DNA of 55,113 bases, the filler included, from Catajapyx aquilonaris (Eukaryota): the NCBI GenBank assembly GCA_000934665.2. It is 2 parts of 2 records of this genome, joined end to end, with 100 filler letters (N's around TTAATTAATTAA, not from the genome) between each part and the next. Parts side by side here need not be neighbours in the genome. Positions count along the whole stretch, not along the records: positions 27,611 to 55,113 come from JYFJ02005051.1; 1 more part is not named here. One strand, given 5' to 3'. A program made the translations under genes and the position numbers. Of the stretch, positions 48,901 through 55,113 are shown piece after piece; the stretch's first letter is position 1; each line of letters starts with the position of its first letter. The notes below the pieces were generated by a model, which was not told the origin of the DNA, did not search any database, and was given only the letters and a program-made list of their open reading frames with translations.

Positions 48901-49702
48901 ACTTAACGTAAGTAGTTCATTACTGAACCATCAAAAAAATGCCTGAATATTTACTGCAGCAGTTCTAATTTTTCAACATTGTTCTAGGTGTCAATCTTGC
49001 GTTGGAGTGACCAACCTTATGGCTCGTCCTGGGTTCGGCGCCAGGCCATGCACTACCTGAAGGAGGAGTACCAGGTTCTGTCACAGTCATCCGTCCTGTT
49101 TGACCTAGACAAGATCCACCTAGTGGAGGCCCTCCAGTCTGACTTCCTGCAAGCCTCTGAGTTGGAAATCCTTCAGTCAGTGCTTAGGTGGGGAGAACAA
49201 CGACTAGTGCGACGCATGGAAGATCGTGAGCCCAACCTGCTGAGCCATACTGCACACTCAGTTGCCAAGAAGGGTGTGAAAAAGCGTGATTTGTCTGATG
49301 TTGAGTTGCGGGAGATACTGTCCGATGTATTGCCACATGTGAGGATGGACCATGTGTTGCCTCCAACCAATGAGGTGCTTGGAAATGCTATCAAGCGTGG
49401 GTTAGTCTCAACACCCCCTAGCCACATGATTGGTGATGAGCGTGAGAATTTACGGGTCAATGCATGGATCCGTTGTAAAAATAATGGACTGTATGTGAAA
49501 CCTCGACTATTTATGCCTTATTACGAGGAGGCAAAGGCACTGCTGAGTGACCAGCTCATACAGCAAATGGAGCTAGTGAGGCTGAGGCGAGTCAGGATGT
49601 CGCATATACCAGACACACTTTATATGGTTGAGGACAAGCCACCACATTCAGGGGGAGAAGGAGGAGGAATGACTGTGGAGGAGCTGTCTGCCACCATTCC
49701 AG
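39827..49702 (+). CDS. BTBD7: BTB/POZ domain-containing protein 7, 3'-partial, 4 coding exons
   Basis: Exons 39827-39963 (MGANASS...), 41154-41591 (EKKKRMTGFATLRKKLIRRRR..., BTB1), 47742-48396 (BTB2, CHKAILSARSQFFRNL) and 48988-49702 (BACK, REPNLLSHTAHSVAKKGVKKRDL, PRLFMPYYEEAK). All junctions are GT-AG and in phase. Confidence 0.95.
40475..40960. mobile_element. Partial copy of the Sola2-like foldback arm
   Basis: Visibly highly similar to 53776-54262 (same orientation) and to 51908-52390 (inverted). Confidence 0.85.
41154..41591 (+). CDS. BTBD7: BTBD7 exon (BTB domain 1)
   Basis: tttcag|A GAA AAG...CTC AG|gtatga. Confidence 0.95.
41739..42447. mobile_element. Tc1/mariner (rosa-like) foldback MITE built from the transposase 3' end
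   Basis: AGGGTGGGGCAAAAGTCATGGG...CCCATGACTTTTGCCCCACCCTG-TA; arms of about 300 bp; ORF 42102-42335 PDFFLCGYLKSLVFATRPQSLADLKDQIR. Confidence 0.85.
44069..46102 (-). mobile_element. Defective mariner transposon with an internal deletion and an insertion of about 1.1 kb
   Basis: TIRs TTARGTCTATGCAAAAGTTCGTGCAG with TA TSD; ORF 45245-45550 with HPVYSPDIAPSDYHLFRSMQ; N-terminal HFRHCFLL...RSGRP at 45735-45920. Confidence 0.88.
46561..46997. mobile_element. Tc1/mariner-type MITE
   Basis: TA-CAGGGTGTATCAGAACTCTACCGTAAGCCAT...ATGGCTTACGGTAGAGTTCTGATACACCCTG-TA. Confidence 0.88.
47211..47533 (+). mobile_element. Non-autonomous Helitron
   Basis: A|TCGAGTATATAG...CCAGGCAACCCCAGG-TTACTTG-CTAG|T; 3' end similar to the 38663 element. 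Confidence 0.65.
47742..48396 (+). CDS. BTBD7: BTBD7 exon (BTB domain 2)
   Basis: atttag|G TAT CTC...AAC ATT|gtgagt. Confidence 0.95.
48988..49702 (+). CDS. BTBD7: BTBD7 exon (BACK region)
   Basis: ttctag|GTG TCA...CCA G|gtgagg. Confidence 0.95.
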
Positions 49703-49732
49703 GTGAGGGACACTTCAGAGAATAGAGAATTA

Positions 49733-50292
49733 CCGTATTACCTCTCATATTGCGGCACGCCTGTATAAAACGAGGTCGACCAGCATGCCGGTATAACCCG
49801 GGGGTGGCCGGCATGCGGCAATAACCGAGGTAGATTTCCGTAATTTTGATCCTTGCCAAATCTTTTGGAATGCTTCTGGTACCATACTAAAATAATGTTA
49901 CAATGAAAATGGGCGAGTGTACAGGCTGTGAGAATATGCCAGTTCTGTTGCACAGTGCATTAAAAAAATGTAGAGTGTATGACCAATCCTATCGTCAGCC
50001 TGCTTTGACAGGGGAACCCCCTGCCCTAACATACTGTTTAAATAGAGATTATTGCCAAACACTGTGATTGAAAACATATATATGATACGGGTACCGTATT
50101 TGGAAAAAGTGCCTTTTCGATAGCCTTTACGTGAATTTCGATTTTCAGGCAAATGTCAAGTTCAGAAAGGATAATGTAACTTAGGTGAAAACCTCGCCTT
50201 ATACCGGCATGCCGGTATAGCCACCACATCGTGCATTTCTAAAAACTGGTCGACCTCGCCTACACCGGCATGCCGCAATATGAGAGGTAATA
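49733..50292. mobile_element. pogo-like MITE
   Basis: TA-CCGTATTACCTCTCATATTGCGGCA...TGCCGCAATATGAGAGGTAATA; repeated GCATGCCGGTATA motifs. Confidence 0.7.
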
Positions 50293-50379
50293 GTTTGGTG
50301 TAGTGCTTGTTTCTTGGTGAAGGTTAGATCTGAAAATGGTGAAATTGCAACCTTATCATATAAGTTATATGTGAAAAGT

Positions 50380-50830
50380 ACCGAAGCAGTAGTGGTGGAG
50401 TGGATATGGTATCCAACTGCTAATCGGGAGGTCCTGGCTCCGGGGTACGAGTCCCGGAGGCCGGCGGTCCTGACCTTGGTTTTCTGTGGTTTTCCAAGGT
50501 CGCCACAGGAAAAATTCCTGGATCGTACCATATAAAATAGGCCACAGCCACTTCCTTCCTTTCCTATCCTTGTCCTGTCCTTGAGGAGGTGCGGTGTCAG
50601 TGGGGGGTTTTCTTACCCGCACCTAGGGGACTGTCTTGCAGCTTGGCCCCCTGGCCCTGGGGGATACACATGACCCCCAACTTGAGACATTGCACCTGCA
50701 CCAGTGTCCCCCCCTCATTATCCCTACCGGAGGAAAGAAAATAGGACGAGAAAATTGATGGTGGTGTACCACCCCTCAATAGGGCCTATGTAGGCCTATC
50801 ACGGGGTAAAATAAAATAATAAAAATAAAA
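50380..50830 (+). mobile_element. tRNA-derived SINE with central conserved domain
   Basis: Degenerate A/B boxes; GGTTTTCTGTGGTTTTCC...AGGCCACAGCCACTTCCTTCC; tail shared with 13314-13540; TSD TATATGTGAAAAGT (50366-50379 and 51206-51219). Confidence 0.8.
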
Positions 50831-50840
50831 AATATATATG

Positions 50841-51198
50841 AGATAGAGTCTGCCTGGGGGATTGGTTGTTTACGTCGCCCCTGTCAACACTCCAGTCAGT
50901 GACCAGCTGCCCGTCTGAACAGTCGCAAGTTCTGGGTGTTCCTGCTTCATCATGGCCAATACACCGTCGCCTGCGTTCAGCTGCTTACTAGTTGTTTACA
51001 TTGTATGATTGTACGTTTTGTGTATATGTGTTCATATCATTTATATCATATTCATCCCTTTCATTAACCTCTGCGTGGCCTGACCATCCACCAGAGTGTC
51101 ATTTTGTAGGTCATACGAGGGGGACAGGGGCAACCTGTACTCCGCTGGCTACCCCTCTATGGGATTATTTTGCCGTGAAGTAAATGATGATGATGATG
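50841..51198 (+). mobile_element. 5'-truncated retroposon (LINE-like 3' end) inserted in the SINE tail
   Basis: (GAT)n tail; 13-bp TSD AAAAATATATATG (50828-50840 and 51199-51211). Confidence 0.7.
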
Positions 51199-51256
51199 AA
51201 AAATATATATGTGAAAAGTGGTGAGAATAGGTCTTGCCCTCTCCTCCCACAACATA

Positions 51257-54200
51257 TGAGGGCTGTATCATATTGATTTACATTTATTTATTTTTTGACA
51301 CAGGTTTGTTACAGGTCAGCAGATAGGCACACATTATCAGTGCAATTCTCCTCGAGCTGAATGCACTGACGCCTCGGGTGTTGCAGCTTTTTTAGGCCCT
51401 CCTGGAACCATATTTTGGAGGTGTCGTGCACCCACTCCCAAACTACTCGCAGTTCCACAATGTCTTCGATATTGTGTCGATAAAGGGGTGTTTCCATGGC
51501 TTAAAACAGGTGGAAGTCACTGGGGACCAGATTGGGGGAGCATGGTCGGTGTGGAGGCACCTGAAATCCAATCCAGGCAATTGCAGCCATCATTTCCCAG
51601 CTTGAATGGGACTGCTCGTTGTCATAGTGCTAGAGCACACCTTTAGCCCATTTCCTTGGCTGCTTTTTGTGGATGGCACGTTGCAAGCTACGGAGGGTCG
51701 CCATGCACATGGGGCTGTTGGTGGTTAAAGCCGGTAGATGAGGAGGATGATTCATGTCCCAAAACATGAAAAAATCCCTGCATGGATGCCATTTCGAGGG
51801 CATTGTTGAACTGTGAGTAGTTGTCCTCTCCAAAATGTGGTTCCTGGAGGGCCTGGAGAGGCTGTCACCCAAGGTGCCAGTGAATTCGGCTTCAGGAGAA
51901 TTGTATTGGGTGGTTCCATTTCAAATCAGGCCAGATCCAGAAAAGTTGTCAGGGCTTGGTCTCCGATTATTACGGATAAATTACACGAAGTACCGCTGTC
52001 GAAATGATGACCAATGACACTGGCTATTTTTCAGTGTCATTTTTTATTTGCCCTGAAAAAAATCATAACCGCAGGGGTACCAAATCTGCTATTTCTCGAA
52101 GTTCATTTTTTCTCAACTTTGGACGCGTGACCAATTTTCCTGTTCGTTACAGAAAAACCAAATTTGGAATGGAGCAACTGCCTACCTAGGTCTGAATTTT
52201 CGATATAAAATAATTGCGAATGTATAATTAGCAACCGCGCAAAAAATTGGCAAAAATGCTGTTTTACGACATTTTAGCAGTTTTCGCGAATTTTTTCTGT
52301 GCAAAAGAAATATTTGTGGGCAAATGAAACACGTAGACTTTGAGTACAACTCATACTCTCTCTACTCATCAGCTTTGTTAAGCTTTGAAGTCAAAGGTTA
52401 ACAGTGGACCCATTGTTGAACATTGTCAACTTCGCAAAACATGGTTTGGAAGAAAATAATTTTCTCAAAAACACCACCGAATAATTGAACGCCTATTTAT
52501 TTCTGGACAGAGGAACATCTGAGCCACACACCAGTGCAAAAATTTCTCTCCCCCCGAAGCTTATGATCCCGATTTGAATTTTATTACTTACTCATTTCCG
52601 GCGCTCTCCATGGAGCCCACCGACCCAGTCCCACGACTCATAGCATCATGTACGGTACATTTGATTAGAACTTCTCTCGTATGTGGAGGCTACATGTGAT
52701 TGCATGATACCTTGAAACTTATATCTGATACTGGTTAATGCTATGTGAGGTCCGGTGAGGTCAAATCAGGCATAGAGGTATTGCAAAGTCTTACTCACAT
52801 TTTTCCAGAAGTCACACCAAATGTATCGTCACTGATAAGTGACAACAGCGACTCTCACACGTTGTCACCCAAGTATGTCATGCAGGTGAACACTGTGATC
52901 TGAGTTTTCGCCCAGTGGTAGCTCTGAATTTCGTCGGGAAGTATTACAGTCCAATTTTCAGCAAAATCGAAATGTAACACTAGGTACGAGTCACTATCTT
53001 GGCACTGCCTATTCAACTTCTGCACAGCCTCTCGCTGAATCGTTCGTACACGTTCGTGAGTTATTCCTTTCGTAGTCCAGTGGACAAGTTCATTGTCTAC
53101 AAAAGAAGCAACTTATGATGTTCTCTTGATTACATCATTATGCTCCCACACTGCAAATGACACTTCTTCGTCGTCATAGTCTGTCAGGAACAAACTTTCT
53201 GTAGATAGTCCTTCAGTTCCTGGACACTCAACACATCCCAGGTTCCAACATTCCTCCGTCGGTCATGGACAGAGGCAGAGATGGAACAGGTCAGAGTTGG
53301 TCACTGTGAAACGTGGCCAGGTTACTGTTCAAAGAACAGCGCAACATTTGGTGTGACTTCTGGAAAAATGTGAGTAAGACTTTGCAATACCTCTATGCCT
53401 GATTTGACCTCACCGGACCTCACATAGCATTAACCAGTATCAGATATAAGTTTCAAGGTATCATACAATCACATGTAGCCTCCACATACGAGAGAAGTTC
53501 TAATCAAATGTACCGTACATGATGCTATGAGTCGTAGGACTGGGTCGGTTGGCTCCATGGAGATCGCCGGAAACGAGTAAGTAATAAAATTCAAATCGGG
53601 ATCATAAGCTTCGGGGGGAGAGAAATTTTTGCACTGGTGTGTGGCTCAGATGTTCCTCTGTCCAGAAATAAATAGGCGTTCAATTATTCGGTGGTGTTTT
53701 TGAGAAAATTATTTTCTTCCAAACCATGTTTTGCGAAGTTGACAATGTTCAACAATGGGTCCACTGTTAACCTTTGACTTCAAAGCTTAACAAAGCTGAT
53801 GAGTAGAGAGGGTATGAGTTGTACTCAAAGTCTACGTGTTTCATTTGCCCACAAATATTTTTTTTGCACAGAAAAAAATTCGCGAATACTGCTAAAATGT
53901 CGTAAAACAGCATTTTTGCCAATTTTTTGCGCGGTTGCTAATTATACATTCGCAATTATTTTATATCGAAAATTCAGACCTAGGTAGGCAGTTGCTCCAT
54001 TCCAAATTTGGTTTTTCTGTAACGAACAGGAAAATTGGTACACGCGTCCAAAGTTGAGAAAAAATGAACTTCGAGAAATAGCAGATTTGGTACCCCTGCG
54101 GTTATGATTTTTTTCAGGGCAAATAAAAAATGACACTGAAAAATAGCCAGTGTCATTGGTCATCATTTCGACAGTGGTACTTCGTGTAATTTTTCCGTAA

Positions 54201-54352
54201 TAATCGGAGACCAAGCCCTGACAACTTTTCTGGATCTGGCCTGATTTGAAATGGAACCACCCTATTGGTAATGTGTTCCAATCTACCAACCTGTAGGGGC
54301 CCTGTATTTTTGGCAAAAAAAAATATTGTAAATCAGTATGGTACGGCCCTCG
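51257..54352. mobile_element. mariner-derived element split by the Sola2-like foldback
   Basis: TA-TGAGGGCTGTATCATATTGATTTACA...TGTAAATCAGTATGGTACGGCCCTCG-TA; same family as 28748-29318. Confidence 0.75.
51908..54262. mobile_element. Sola2-like foldback DNA transposon (arms about 915 bp) with a transposase remnant in the spacer
   Basis: GGGTGGTTCC...GGAACCACCC with 4-bp TSD TATT. The spacer on the - strand encodes CLCP*PTEECWNLGCVECPG...LHFDFAENWTVILPDEIQSYHWAKTQITVFT, with in-frame stops. Confidence 0.8.
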
Positions 54353-54698
54353 TAAGAGAAAAGATATGTTTGAAATGTTATCCTCCTTAGTGCACCCCTC
54401 ATATTTGCTTCCCAGCCAAAATATTTAGCGTGAAGCTTGTATTTCAGGCAATATGGCAATGGGAAGTTTGTGGTTAGTTATAAACTTGACTGCAGATTAT
54501 CAAATTTTCCATTGCATTGAGCATTTATTCTTAGTAATTTGAGGGTGGCCTGGTGGCAAATTGGTTTACAACCAGCCATTCCATCTTGGGGACTTGATTT
54601 GTTCCCTGGAATGGATTGTGTAAGTAACTCATTACCATGAAAATTTGACTTAGTGGATTTCTCCTGTACGCTGACATCATGGAAGCCATACCATAAGG

Positions 54699-54765
54699 CA
54701 GGGCTATTCAACTGGCGGACCGTGGCCCGGATCTGGACCGCGACGCAATTTTGTCCGGACCGCGA
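54699..54765 (+). mobile_element. Left end of a hAT-like MITE
   Basis: CAGGGCTATTCAACTGGCGGACCGTGGCCCGGATCTGGACCGCG; partner end not identified. Confidence 0.45.
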
Positions 54766-55113
54766 CGATATGCAGGACAGTTTGAAATAGCATTAGAAAT
54801 TACGAATTCATAATTTTTTTAGGAAAAAGAACTTCATATCTCCCACATTCACCTAAGCTCGTGTGACCTTGAGCCCCCACAATAAATTACGCCTGCGGCG
54901 GGCTGGCTCCCTGCCCTTTACAGCTTGTTCCCCTTGTGCTTATGAAATGGGTGCCCCTCCGAAAAAAAATTCTGCCTACGCACCTGCACAGGACTTCATA
55001 AAGGGCGAAAATGTCTTAATAAGCCCGTCTACCATTGCTGCATATGTTTCTATTTTCAAAAATGAACCCTTTTGTACCATATAAAATCCATATCTTTACT
55101 GGGGGGGGGGGGG

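Noticed and set aside
40468..54316. Repeated ORFs MTNDTGYFSVSFF... and MSREGMSC...
   Set aside because: They are chance ORFs in the repeated Sola2-like arms.

Overview
Eukaryotic, repeat-rich genomic DNA from an arthropod (probably an insect; species not determinable from the sequence), with two assembly gaps. By manual splice-site and phase reading I reconstruct four intron-containing genes. (1) An LGR1-type glycoprotein-hormone receptor, + strand, 10 exons at 1284-7722, 5' end outside the window. (2) The last two exons of a PACS-1/2 (KrT95D-like) gene, - strand, 17848-21333. (3) A complete two-exon, 69-aa cytochrome c oxidase subunit 8 gene, - strand, 32641-35443, largely missed by the ORF track. 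(4) BTBD7, + strand, 4 coding exons at 39827-49702, head-to-head with COX8 and continuing past the window. The rest is dense with non-autonomous mobile elements: Tc1/mariner, pogo-like, hAT, piggyBac-like and Sola2-like MITEs and foldbacks, Helitrons, and tRNA-derived SINEs including a V-domain SINE. Many are nested, with clear target-site duplications. I found no convincing new enzymatic system. The best leads are a possibly ancient LGR1-PACS-COX8-BTBD7 linkage, the missing PACS 5' exons combined with a splice donor in the COX8 3' UTR, inverted Sola2-like copies bracketing three BTBD7 exons (circRNA potential), and modular chimeric MITEs and SINEs. Family and homology assignments come from recalled motifs, not database searches.
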